The notes under the pieces are model-generated. The model ran no database searches. It worked only from the letters and a program-made list of their open reading frames with translations, and was not told the origin of the DNA. Positions 10,639 to 19,809 of a DNA stretch of 64,000 nt are shown here, piece by piece. Every line of letters begins with the position of its first letter. Position 1 is the stretch's first letter. The stretch comes from an uncultured Rikenellaceae bacterium (GTDB lineage Bacteria > Bacteroidota > Bacteroidia > Bacteroidales > Rikenellaceae). Position numbers and translations under genes: made by a program. The stretch spans positions 1,310 through 65,309 of the forward strand of contig CAYJCU010000002.1 in assembly GCA_964368765.1 (NCBI GenBank), read 5' to 3'.

Positions 10639-11799
10639 CTACTTTTTCCTAGTTACTCTATACTCATTGGCCTTTGTTTTGTAAAATTGAACACTATATA
10701 AACTCTCAAAAAATTCTATAAATGACTCTATTGGTTTCTCTTTATTTGCAAAAATATTAATATTCAAATCTTTTAAACCACTATCTACAATAATCTCAAC
10801 ACCGTACCAACGTGATAGTTGAGTTACTATATTATCAAAAGATTGATTCTTAAAATTAAATACACTGGATTTCCAACCTATATAATCGTTAATATCAACA
10901 TTTTTAACCTCATACTCTCCTAAATCGGTTATCTCTATCATCTCAGATGGTTTTAACATAATCTCGTCACTATTACCATCAATAGTAACACCTACACTAC
11001 CCTCTATCAACACACTTCTATATATGCTATTAGGATAACTATCTACATTAAACTGAGTACCATACACTCTAACCTCTTCATATTTTGTCTTAACAATAAA
11101 TGGTCTGCTTGATTTTTTTACATCGAAAAATGCCTCTCCCTCAAGCTCTACTACCCTATTTTTAGTGTTAGCAAAGTTTTCAGCATACTTAATAGTACTA
11201 TTAGCATTAATAGTGACAGTAGAACCATCGGGTAGTAATACTGTATGGTTCTTCATAGCAGGTACCTTTACTATATTTTTACCACTACCATTATTTGGTT
11301 TTTCACTTTTTTGTTTTTTTACATCCTCAATATCACTAATAACATTATCATCTAGCTCTATCTTATCACCTAATGATGTGATAAGAAGTGTTGAAGTAAT
11401 ATCTTGCTCTACCTCAGCAACCATCTCTTGGTTATCACTCTCATCAACCTTAGGGGTTAATATAAAGAACGAAACAGCAATCAATATTGCCACTATTGAG
11501 GTGATGGTTATATATAGTTTATTAGGTGCTGATTTTAATTTACGACTATTTAAATCTTTAGATAATTTATGTAAACTTCTCTCATACTTACTATCTATAT
11601 CCGATAAATCCAAAAATCGCTGCTCGCATATCGACTTATCAGTAAGCCTATCAATTACATCTGAAATTAACTCTTCATTCTGCTTAATATACTCAATAAT
11701 ATCCTCGCCGTTTGACTCATACTCTTTAAGGTTTGAGGTAAAATCAACCGCCTCTCTATTTTTTATATACTCCTCTCTCTCTCTACCCTGATGCCTCAT
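10639..11799 (-). CDS. FecR-family anti-sigma factor / transmembrane sensor
   Basis: 386 aa with a central TM segment and a FecR-like periplasmic domain; located between the ECF sigma gene and SusC. Confidence 0.8.
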   Translation of the reverse strand: MRHQGREREEYIKNREAVDFTSNLKEYESNGEDIIEYIKQNEELISDVIDRLTDKSICEQRFLDLSDIDSKYERSLHKLSKDLNSRKLKSAPNKLYITITSIVAILIAVSFFILTPKVDESDNQEMVAEVEQDITSTLLITSLGDKIELDDNVISDIEDVKKQKSEKPNNGSGKNIVKVPAMKNHTVLLPDGSTVTINANSTIKYAENFANTKNRVVELEGEAFFDVKKSSRPFIVKTKYEEVRVYGTQFNVDSYPNSIYRSVLIEGSVGVTIDGNSDEIMLKPSEMIEITDLGEYEVKNVDINDYIGWKSSVFNFKNQSFDNIVTQLSRWYGVEIIVDSGLKDLNINIFANKEKPIESFIEFFESLYSVQFYKTKANEYRVTRKK

Positions 11800-11884
11800 A
11801 ATATAAACTATTGTTTAATATAATATACAAGATAACTGTAGAAATCTACCAAAAAAAAAAGAGATAAATTTATAATTTACCTCT

Positions 11885-12475
11885 TTAGATATTGAAAATA
11901 TTAATAAAATTACTGAGTGTCAGCATTTTATCTTTTGTTAATTTATTTTGCAAAATTTTTAATGCCTCGTTCTTACTATTATAAACTGTTTGGATAGGTT
12001 TATCTAGTTTTTGAGAAATTTCAGCTGAAGAGTACCCCTCAAGAAATAGTTTTAAAATAGTTGCATATTTTTCAGGTAGCAAACCTAGTGAATAATCAAC
12101 AAGAGAGAATAACTCACTATCAATAATATCTATACTGCTATTATCTATAAGTGATAATGTTTTTGAATATTTATCAGCAACCCTCTCTCTTTCAATATAG
12201 TTAAGGAAGCCATTTTTTATTGATAAATAGATATAGGATTTTAGACCCTTTAGAGAGTTAAACTGTTTTTTAGACTCCCATAAGTTAACAAACACATCAT
12301 GCACTATATCTTCGCACTCAATATCAATATCACGATACAAAGAGTTAGCATAGAGTTTTAGTTCTCTATGCATTAATGTGTAAACCTCAGTAAAAGCTGC
12401 TACTTTTTTATTGTTAAACCCATTAATTAACCGATCTTGGCGGATAGCATCCTTATTTAGTTCTTTGTAACTCAT
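11885..12475 (-). CDS. ECF-type RNA polymerase sigma-70 family factor
   Basis: 196 aa. Region 2 (DIVHDVFVNLWE) and region 4 HTH (YSSAEISQKLDKPIQTVYNSKNEALK). Confidence 0.8.
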   Translation of the reverse strand: MSYKELNKDAIRQDRLINGFNNKKVAAFTEVYTLMHRELKLYANSLYRDIDIECEDIVHDVFVNLWESKKQFNSLKGLKSYIYLSIKNGFLNYIERERVADKYSKTLSLIDNSSIDIIDSELFSLVDYSLGLLPEKYATILKLFLEGYSSAEISQKLDKPIQTVYNSKNEALKILQNKLTKDKMLTLSNFINIFNI

Positions 12476-12599
12476 ATAACTATTTGTATAACATAAACGC
12501 TATAAATATAGTGTTTAGTGCAAATTTATGTAAAATTATTATAACTTCCTAATAATTTTATATAAAAAATATTTTTTTACTATGAGCTACATTAACAAG

Positions 12600-14699
12600 T
12601 TATTTGCTTTTTATTTTATCTATTAATGAGTTTACTGATGGTTCTTGCCCTCTAAATTTAATATACAACTCCATAGCATCTTCAGTGCCACCTTTAGATA
12701 AGATACACTCTCTAAATCTGTTAGCTGTCTCTCTATCAAAAATATTTCCGCTCTCTTTATACTCCTTAAAACCATCTATATCCAACATCTCAGACCACTT
12801 ATAGCCATAATATGCACAAGCATATCCACCGTCAAATATATGGCTAAATGAGGTTAAAGTTGAAACACCAGAGACATCAACACCTACTTGCATATTTTTA
12901 ATAACCTCTCTCTCAAACGCCTCAACACCACCAGTTATTGGCTCTGTGATAGAGTGTATCGCTAAATCAATAGCCGCTAAGTTTAACTGTCTAATTGATT
13001 TATATGCAAGAAGAAAACGTTTAGATTTTATCATACTATTAATAAGCTCTTTAGGCATCTTTACGCCCGTCTCATAATGCTCTGCCCATAACTCATAAAA
13101 CTCAGGCTCATACGCCCAATTCTCCATTATCTGTGCTGGTAACTCAACAAAATCACGTGCAACAGATGTGCCGCTAAGAGACATATATCTACCCTCTGCA
13201 AAAATGCCATGCATAGCGTGCCCCATCTCATGTAGTAGTGTAGATAGATCCATAAAGCTAAGTAGGGCGGGTTTACCCTCTTCTGGTTTCATTATATTGG
13301 CCGAAACAGAGATAATAGGGCGAACCTCATCCCCCTCTCTATTTTGGTGTGCATCACGGTAACTACTCATCCAACCACCTGGGTTTTTACCTTTACGTGT
13401 AAATAGGTCAAGATAAAGTAGAGCTATATGTTTATCCCCCTCTTTAACCTCATAAATCACTAAATCATCACTATATTTTGGCAGCGATTTTTTTGGTATA
13501 AAAGATATACCATAAAGTTTTTCAATAAGTTTAAACACACCATCAAGCACACTATTAAACTCAAAATATGGTTTTAACATATTATCATTAAAACTAAATA
13601 GAGATGCCTTATATTTATCTGAATAATATATCCAGTCCCACGGTTTTAAATCATGCGTTAATCCATATTTCTCTTTTGCAAAACTATTAACAGCTTCATA
13701 CTCAGCCTCTGCTAAGGGAACACTCTCTTTAGATAGATTATTTAAAAAAGAGCTCACTCTCTCTACACTTCCAACCATCCTATCCTCAAGAATATACTCT
13801 GCATAAGAGTTATATCCCATTAATTGAGCAAGCTCTAGACGTAAATTTGCTATCTGTTTTACATATTCGCTATTATCCCACTTATCATTATATGCTAAAC
13901 CATAGTAACCTCTCCATATCTTCTCTTTCAGTTCACTATTTGATGAAAATTTTAAGAAGGGGCCAAAACATGAAAACTTAAGGGTAAAAACCCAACCATC
14001 TAAACCTCTCATCTTAGCCTCACGAGTGGCTATACCTATCATAAAAGGGGGTAAATCGGCTATTTTTGAATGATCGGTTACGTGTAAAATAAAATTATCA
14101 TTAGAGCTACGCACATTACTACTAAATTTAGATGATAGAGCTGATATTTCTCCACTTATCTCTCTAAATCTCATCTGCTCATCATCTGAAAGTAGTGCAC
14201 CTCTTTTAATAAATGATTTATAATATTTTGTTAAAAGAGCCAACTCTTCAGTCGATAATTTAAGCCTATCACGCTTTTTATAGATTGTTTGAACCCTCTT
14301 AAATAGCTCTGGATTGAGATATAAATCATTACTATATTTTGATAGTTTAGATGATATTTCACTCTCTATTTTTACCATCTCACTACCACCATTCACACCA
14401 TAAAGATTATAAAATATCTTCATTATATCATACATCCTTATTGTAGATAGTTCTAACGCCTCAATAGTATTACTAAAGGTGGCTTTTTTACGGTTAGAAT
14501 ATATCTCCTCTAATTCGCTATTTGCCTCTTTTAATGCAATATTAAATGCCTCAATAAAGTATTCTGGCTCTATTTTGTTAAGTTCAGGAGCTAGAAAACT
14601 ATTTTCTGGCTGCATTAATAGTGGGTTACTAATCTGTGCATGCAAATCTATTATATTTACTAATGTAAATATAACTACCAATAGAAGAGATTTTTTCAT
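12600..14699 (-). CDS. dcp: M3-family peptidyl-dipeptidase / oligopeptidase
   Basis: 699 aa with a signal peptide; zinc motif LLHEMGHAMHG; M3-like length and layout. Confidence 0.8.
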   Translation of the reverse strand: MKKSLLLVVIFTLVNIIDLHAQISNPLLMQPENSFLAPELNKIEPEYFIEAFNIALKEANSELEEIYSNRKKATFSNTIEALELSTIRMYDIMKIFYNLYGVNGGSEMVKIESEISSKLSKYSNDLYLNPELFKRVQTIYKKRDRLKLSTEELALLTKYYKSFIKRGALLSDDEQMRFREISGEISALSSKFSSNVRSSNDNFILHVTDHSKIADLPPFMIGIATREAKMRGLDGWVFTLKFSCFGPFLKFSSNSELKEKIWRGYYGLAYNDKWDNSEYVKQIANLRLELAQLMGYNSYAEYILEDRMVGSVERVSSFLNNLSKESVPLAEAEYEAVNSFAKEKYGLTHDLKPWDWIYYSDKYKASLFSFNDNMLKPYFEFNSVLDGVFKLIEKLYGISFIPKKSLPKYSDDLVIYEVKEGDKHIALLYLDLFTRKGKNPGGWMSSYRDAHQNREGDEVRPIISVSANIMKPEEGKPALLSFMDLSTLLHEMGHAMHGIFAEGRYMSLSGTSVARDFVELPAQIMENWAYEPEFYELWAEHYETGVKMPKELINSMIKSKRFLLAYKSIRQLNLAAIDLAIHSITEPITGGVEAFEREVIKNMQVGVDVSGVSTLTSFSHIFDGGYACAYYGYKWSEMLDIDGFKEYKESGNIFDRETANRFRECILSKGGTEDAMELYIKFRGQEPSVNSLIDKIKSK

Positions 14700-14703
14700 A
14701 TTA

Positions 14704-15255
14704 CTATTTATTTTTTAATGCTGATTGTTTATATAAATCACACTGTGAATTATCTATACAAATTGATGATTGATAGAATTTTTTTAGTAACTCTCTTTGT
14801 TTATCATCACACATTTCTGATAAATTGGTGTAGTATTGATAACTCAATAATTTTATATCTTTATGCAACCTAATAATAGTGTCATAAACCTCTTGCTGCT
14901 CATCACGGTTAATACCATCAATAATATATTTACCTAATTTCATATTAGCATTAGCTATCTCAATAGATAACTCTCTCTTCTCTAATAGATAGTTACTACT
15001 AATATCTTTTAAATCCTCTATCTGCTCAGGAGTAAGCTGAAGATAGTGTGTAAAAAAATGGTTAGCAAAATCTATCTCGCTAGATTCAGGTACTTTGCGG
15101 ATAGAATTAAGCACCACTTCACTATCATCTTGTTTATTAAACATAATAATAATAGATACATTTATAGCTATCAATACTACAAGTATCAACACAAGATATT
15201 TTATAAGGGTATTTGCTTTCATATATTTATTTTGTTTTAAACTATTATAATTCAA
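14704..15255 (-). CDS. Spy/CpxP-like periplasmic protein (LTPEQ motif), membrane-anchored
   Basis: 183 aa with an N-terminal TM segment and LQLTPEQIEDLKDIS. Third gene of the sigma operon. The start could instead be M12 (15222). Confidence 0.45.
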   Translation of the reverse strand: MNYNSLKQNKYMKANTLIKYLVLILVVLIAINVSIIIMFNKQDDSEVVLNSIRKVPESSEIDFANHFFTHYLQLTPEQIEDLKDISSNYLLEKRELSIEIANANMKLGKYIIDGINRDEQQEVYDTIIRLHKDIKLLSYQYYTNLSEMCDDKQRELLKKFYQSSICIDNSQCDLYKQSALKNK

Positions 15256-15556
15256 AATATAATGTCTCTACATAGGTGTCATCACTAAAAAATGAGTAAA
15301 TCACCTCTTTACGTTTATCCTCTCTCTCTTTTATATTATCACTAATAACAATACCCACATACACAGTAGTAGCTAAAAGAGCTAAACAACAAAAATTAAG
15401 TATTAATTTTTGTCTATAACTCTCTCTCTCTCTCTTCTGAAATACTAATGCACTGATACCCCCCATAACCTTAGTCTTTAGATAAGGATTAACTATATAA
15501 CTCTTCTCCGTCTCTATTATGGTATCTATATATTTTTCAACACTATCTATATTCAT
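15245..15556 (-). CDS. Small single-pass membrane protein, putative anti-sigma factor
   Basis: 103 aa with one TM segment. Its start lies 2 nt downstream of the ECF sigma stop. The call rests on position only. Confidence 0.35.
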   Translation of the reverse strand: MNIDSVEKYIDTIIETEKSYIVNPYLKTKVMGGISALVFQKRERESYRQKLILNFCCLALLATTVYVGIVISDNIKEREDKRKEVIYSFFSDDTYVETLYFEL

Positions 15557-15558
15557 AA

Positions 15559-16137
15559 TTATAATAACTCTTTAATATTTATTTTTCTATTTATATAATT
15601 TCTTAAACCCTGCTTAGAACGTTGATATAGTTGTTCAACAGCACCTTCACTCATATCCATAATTTCAGTTATCACCTTCTGAGATAAATTATCATATTTC
15701 TTTAATATAAAAACCTTACGTTGATTCTCTGGTAAAGATTGTAACGCCTCAGTAATAAACATCTCAGTCTGCTTATTAATAACTATCCTATCTGGTAGCT
15801 CATTTAACACCTTTAAACTATTAATTATTTTAGTATTATCTATATTATCAGTCACCTTACTACTACTATCTCTCTTTTTAAGATGTTGTAGAGATGTATT
15901 AAGTGCTATCCTATATATCCACGTATATAAAGAAGCCCCACGCTTAAACTTCTTTAGTGAGGTGAAAATATTAATAAATACCTCTTGTGTTGCATCCTCA
16001 GCATCTAGCTGGTTATGTAAAACGCCCACACATATTGTATAAACACGCTGCTCATACTCCTCCACAATTAAAGAAAATAGTTCACTATCTCCCTCTAGTA
16101 TTCTATCAATTATCCTCTCTTCTCTCTCTAATCTCAT
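15559..16137 (-). CDS. ECF-type RNA polymerase sigma factor
   Basis: 192 aa. Region 2 (EDATQEVFINIF) and region 4 HTH (LSQKVITEIMDMSEGAVEQLYQRSK). Confidence 0.8.
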   Translation of the reverse strand: MRLEREERIIDRILEGDSELFSLIVEEYEQRVYTICVGVLHNQLDAEDATQEVFINIFTSLKKFKRGASLYTWIYRIALNTSLQHLKKRDSSSKVTDNIDNTKIINSLKVLNELPDRIVINKQTEMFITEALQSLPENQRKVFILKKYDNLSQKVITEIMDMSEGAVEQLYQRSKQGLRNYINRKINIKELL

Positions 16138-16688
16138 TAATTATGTTATTTATATAATTAGATAATATTTATCTAATTTTCCTACGTTATATAAACAATA
16201 AAAGATCTACTTTAAATAATTATAAGTAGACCTTTTATTGTTTATAACTATGTTTATAACACTGTTCATAACTATGTCAGTCATGTTTAATATGTGTTCA
16301 AAAAATATTCATAACTTTTTTGATAAATATTTGCATTCAGCTAAAATATTATTACGTATAAAAGATTTTATCTTCTCAAAAAATATTCATTATTATTTAT
16401 AAACTAATTATGAAACTTATGTTCATATCTTTTAAACATATATAACTAATTATAAATTAATATATTAACTATATATTTTTATAGTTATAAACAATTTGAC
16501 ACTGTTATTATTAGTTATTAATTATATATATATAAAGAATAAAATAATAGATAATAATAACAGCATGATAATAATGTTTACTAAAAAAACACTCTTCAAC
16601 ATCTGCGTTGCAGATTCTTGTTTGCCGTCGCTGCCGCTTAGTGGGGGTTCTATACCTTTGTGTGGTATATTGTATTTTTTTTCTTTAT

Positions 16689-17030
16689 TTAAATCACTCT
16701 ACTCTTAGTAAAACCCTCTTTTTTTAGAATATCAATAATCTTTTCACGGAAATCACCCTGAATAATAATCTCATCATCTTTAACACTTCCACCCACGCCG
16801 CATTTACTCTTTAGAAGTTTACCTAAATCTTTTAAATCGTCTATATTTCCCACGAAATTAGATACAATAGTAACCTGCTTACCTTTGCGCTGTTTCCTGT
16901 CTAAAAAGACCCTTAAATTCTGTTTACTCTTATCTATACTATCTATATTAGCCTCCTCTTTTTCTGAAGAGTACTCAAAATCATTATTAGTAGAAAAAAC
17001 TACACCTAATCTATCTTTCCAGTCGTTCAT
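16689..17030 (-). CDS. SUI1/YciH-family translation initiation factor
   Basis: 113 aa with a SUI1-like C-terminal half (KGKQVTIVSNF..KCGVGGSVKDDEIIIQGDFREKI). Confidence 0.8.
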   Translation of the reverse strand: MNDWKDRLGVVFSTNNDFEYSSEKEEANIDSIDKSKQNLRVFLDRKQRKGKQVTIVSNFVGNIDDLKDLGKLLKSKCGVGGSVKDDEIIIQGDFREKIIDILKKEGFTKSRVI

Positions 17031-17033
17031 GCT

Positions 17034-17357
17034 CTATTTTAATTTTTCGTTATTTTTATGTCGTAAAATATCACGACTACTCTTTTTCTCTATATTTTTA
17101 ATAATAGCATCCTCAAGATCTACACCTGTTTGGTTAGCAATAGCACCCACAACCCATAATATATCTGCAAGTTCATCTGCAATATCACTCTTCTCGTCAT
17201 CTTTAAAAGATTGGTCGCCATAGGTTCTTGCCATCACACGTGCCAGCTCTCCCACCTCTTCAGTTAGTATAGCCATATTTGTTAATTCGCTAAAATATCT
17301 CACTCCAACAGTTTTAATCCATTGGTCTATTATGTTTTGAAACTCTTTTATCTCCAT
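17034..17357 (-). CDS. MazG-like nucleotide pyrophosphohydrolase domain protein
   Basis: 107 aa. EEVGELARV and DELADILWVV motifs are typical of the MazG fold. Confidence 0.7.
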   Translation of the reverse strand: MEIKEFQNIIDQWIKTVGVRYFSELTNMAILTEEVGELARVMARTYGDQSFKDDEKSDIADELADILWVVGAIANQTGVDLEDAIIKNIEKKSSRDILRHKNNEKLK

Positions 17358-17358
17358 G

Positions 17359-17817
17359 CTATCTATTTTTAGAATCTATCCATATTGTTACAGGTCCTTC
17401 ATTGGTTAGGTTGATACTCATTTCGTTTCCAAACTTACCAGTAGCCACTTTGTTAATACCATCAATAGAGTTTGCTTTTTCTATAAATTTTTCATAAAGA
17501 GGAGTAGCTATTTCGGGTCTAGCAGCTTTTATGTATGAGGGTCTATTCCCTTTTTTTGTATCTGCCATAAGTGTAAATTGGCTAACAACAAGTATATCTC
17601 CGTTTATATCTATAATAGAGCGATTCATAACCCCATTTTCATCATCAAAAATACGGAGATTAGATATTTTATTTATGAGATAGTCTATATCTGTATTATC
17701 GTCATCAGGTGCTATACCGAGGAGTATTGTTAATCCGAAATTAATTTCAGAAAAAAGTTCTGAGTTTATGGTAAGAGTGGTTCGAGAAGTGCGTTGAATT
17801 AAAGCTCTCATTATCAA
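17359..17817 (-). CDS. dtd: D-aminoacyl-tRNA deacylase
   Basis: MRALIQRT..., SQFTLMADTKKGNRPSY and NEGPVTIWIDS motifs. The start may be M3. Confidence 0.9.
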   Translation of the reverse strand: MIMRALIQRTSRTTLTINSELFSEINFGLTILLGIAPDDDNTDIDYLINKISNLRIFDDENGVMNRSIIDINGDILVVSQFTLMADTKKGNRPSYIKAARPEIATPLYEKFIEKANSIDGINKVATGKFGNEMSINLTNEGPVTIWIDSKNR

Positions 17818-17866
17818 TAAGTTTTTATATAGTGATAAAAAAATGTTAAAAATAAGTAATAAAATA

Positions 17867-17898
17867 TTTGTAAAGTTAGTAATAAATATCTATATTTG
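17867..17898 (+). promoter_or_regulatory. Candidate Bacteroides-type promoter (-33 TTTG / -7 TAnnTTTG) for the tRNA
   Basis: TTTG (17867-70), a 20-nt spacer, then TATATTTG (17891-98), about 60 nt upstream of the tRNA. Confidence 0.45.
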
Positions 17899-17960
17899 CA
17901 ACTGCAAAGTTGAAATATGAACTTTGTGTATAGATAAGAGGATATTAAAATAATAATATC

Positions 17961-18035
17961 GGGCCCATAGCTCAGTTGGTTAGTAGCACCTGACTCATAA
18001 TCAGGGGGTCGCAGGTTCAAGCCCTGCTGGGCCCA
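17961..18035 (+). tRNA. tRNA with CAT anticodon (elongator Met, or Ile2 if lysidine-modified); CCA not encoded
   Basis: Cloverleaf read by eye: acceptor GGGCCCA/TGGGCCC, anticodon arm CCTGA-CTCATAA-TCAGG, T arm GCAGG-TTCAAGC-CCTGC, discriminator A. G1-C72 pairs, so it is not an initiator. The acceptor C4/C5 pattern resembles E. coli tRNA-Ile2. Confidence 0.9.
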
Positions 18036-18036
18036 C
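17992..18036 (+). repeat. attL: 45-bp direct repeat (3' half of the tRNA plus 1 nt), identical to 37095..37139
   Basis: gactcataatcagggggtcgcaggttcaagccctgctgggcccac occurs identically at both positions. Confidence 0.85.
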
Positions 18037-18048
18037 TTAAAGAGAATC

Positions 18049-18082
18049 AAGCACTTACGGAATTATCCGCAAGTGCTTTTTT
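18049..18082 (+). terminator. Hairpin plus T-run terminator after the tRNA, on the element-derived side
   Basis: aagcacttacgg-aattat-ccgcaagtgctt followed by tttt. It mimics the hairpin after attR (37146..37182). Confidence 0.55.
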
Positions 18083-18090
18083 CATACCCT

Positions 18091-18111
18091 GTACACACAA
18101 TTTGCACACAA
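18091..18111 (+). repeat. 21-bp repeat gtacacacaatttgcacacaa (candidate integrase arm-type site), left end
   Basis: Identical to 36950..36970. A related inverted half-site tgtgtgtaaa lies at 18138-18147. Confidence 0.5.
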
Positions 18112-18124
18112 CTCAATAAAAAAA

Positions 18125-18164
18125 GTAACACAACTAATGTGTGTAAACAGCATAGTTGTGTTAC
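18125..18164 (-). terminator. Hairpin terminator downstream of the cargo operon
   Basis: gtaacacaacta / tagttgtgttac 12-bp stem flanked by A6 and T6 runs, 28 nt after the stop at 18192. Confidence 0.6.
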
Positions 18165-18191
18165 TTTTTTAAATTTCGTTTTATATTAAGC

Positions 18192-19745
18192 CTAGAAGAA
18201 GACAATATCTGATAGTGCAATATCGTAAGTTGAACCTGTATCAGAACCCTGATCAACCAAAGAGATTCTTACATATCTTGCTTTGGATACTTCAGTAAGA
18301 TTAATTATTGTTATTTCACCATTTGTAGTACCAAGTGTATTTTGATTATCGTATGTACCCTTCTTCCAAGTTACATAATCATCAGAGAATGAGAATTCAA
18401 TATGTCTTGGTCTTGAAGGTGTCCCATCTCTTGCATCTGCAGCATCTGTAAATGTTTCTTGAACTACTTTAATACCAGATAAATCCGTAATATTTTGAAA
18501 ATCAATCTCAAAAAGATAATCACGTACAAATGCTTCTGCTGATGGATTCCAAATAGTTGTTACATCATTATCAAATAGGTACTCTGTCTTGCCTCTTGTA
18601 CCTAGTAAAGTTTCATCTTGTGAGCACTCTATCTCCCAACTGTCATCCCTCATTATTGGTGCAATGGCCGCAGGAGTAGGGTTCCCATGAGAAACCATCC
18701 CCCTAGGGGTACTATATGGAAAATAATGTTTATTATACCTCTCTACTGTAACTCCCTTTAAATTTATTAATTGTTCAATAACAAATTTACTCTTAGCCTC
18801 ATCTTCTAAAACACTTATACCTGAAGTTGAATATGTATATTCTGATAATGTAGGTTCGTACATATACCTTTCTTTAGCTAAATTAACATTTGTCAAATTT
18901 GGCATATATAACAAATCTTCAAATGATGCAACATTGTAATCATATCCAAACTCTGTCAAGGAGCTAAGAAAATCTGCATTTGGCTCATCTACTCCATATT
19001 TTGTCTTTATTATACTTCTTATGTCAGATGATAGCTTGATATCTTTATTTAATATAAAGTCCCTAAATAGTATTAAGTCATCACAACCAACCACTTTGCC
19101 TATTCTCTCAACATATGCCAGATCTGTATGGTGCACGCTTTCTGGTATTACATAATATTTATATTTTGAGACAAAATCTTTATCAATTGTCATCTCAATT
19201 TTTTCACCATCTTTGGTAACATAGTGCAGTGCTGCACTACTTATGTTGTCATTCCAACTTGCCATAAACAGTACCAGTTTTGTATCACCAGTAATGTCTT
19301 GTATGTAATAATGATTAGATACAACAGAAGAGAAAGAACGAATAGATTCATGATCATAAGTATATGGGCGAGCCCACATATCTTCATTAAGTGATCTAAA
19401 CATATTCTTATCAACACCACAGACTGAAACCTTGTATGTTCCATCAACTAATGCTTCACCATTTAAAGTAGTAATATTATATAATTCAGTACCTCTAGGT
19501 AAGAAGGTACTATCAATTTTATCTCCTAATTCCCATTTTACAAGAACCTGATCGATAAGTGGATCTACAGAATTTTCCCATGTAACAACCAATCTCTCCC
19601 AGCCTGGATTCACATCAACATTTTTACATTTAGCTAGGTACCTAGTTATTCCAGCGGCACCAAATTCGCTATATGTATCCTCCAAACTCTCACAACTAAT
19701 AGATAAGAGAAGGAATAATAATAATAAATATTTATTTTGTTTCAT
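18192..19745 (-). CDS. Surface lipoprotein with C-terminal F5/8 type C (discoidin)-like domain
   Basis: 517 aa with lipobox LSISCES. The C-terminus (EYLFDNDVTTIWNPS...YVRISLVDQG...ALSDIVFF) resembles discoidin domains. Confidence 0.55.
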   Translation of the reverse strand: MKQNKYLLLLFLLLSISCESLEDTYSEFGAAGITRYLAKCKNVDVNPGWERLVVTWENSVDPLIDQVLVKWELGDKIDSTFLPRGTELYNITTLNGEALVDGTYKVSVCGVDKNMFRSLNEDMWARPYTYDHESIRSFSSVVSNHYYIQDITGDTKLVLFMASWNDNISSAALHYVTKDGEKIEMTIDKDFVSKYKYYVIPESVHHTDLAYVERIGKVVGCDDLILFRDFILNKDIKLSSDIRSIIKTKYGVDEPNADFLSSLTEFGYDYNVASFEDLLYMPNLTNVNLAKERYMYEPTLSEYTYSTSGISVLEDEAKSKFVIEQLINLKGVTVERYNKHYFPYSTPRGMVSHGNPTPAAIAPIMRDDSWEIECSQDETLLGTRGKTEYLFDNDVTTIWNPSAEAFVRDYLFEIDFQNITDLSGIKVVQETFTDAADARDGTPSRPRHIEFSFSDDYVTWKKGTYDNQNTLGTTNGEITIINLTEVSKARYVRISLVDQGSDTGSTYDIALSDIVFF

Positions 19746-19809
19746 AATATTATTTTTTATTTATGTCTTGTCATAACACTTATATTATATAAGTATAGTT
19801 AAATTACCT

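Noticed and set aside
11165-11791. 208-aa plus-strand ORF
   Set aside because: It lies entirely antisense within the FecR-family anti-sigma gene and is Ser/Leu/Ile-rich low-complexity sequence, so it is a shadow ORF. The same applies to 29594..30064, 39086..39571, 52663..53022, 55276..55815, 58368..58844 and the other short antisense ORFs inside long genes.
11851-11860. A10 tract between the ECF sigma and anti-sigma genes
   Set aside because: It is intergenic, so length changes would not shift any reading frame. It is most likely a compositional feature.
16140-16690. Chromosomal replication origin
   Set aside because: It is AT-rich with repeats, but I saw no TTATCCACA-type DnaA boxes and there is no dnaA or dnaN neighbourhood.
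16496-16708. 70-aa plus-strand ORF in the AT-rich spacer
   Set aside because: It has extreme AT codon content and no recognisable motif, and it overlaps the 3' end of the SUI1 gene, so it is unlikely to be coding.
17814-18050. 78-aa minus-strand ORF on the track
   Set aside because: It runs antisense across the tRNA(CAT) gene and its promoter region, and its sequence is low-complexity. The tRNA cloverleaf explains the conserved part.
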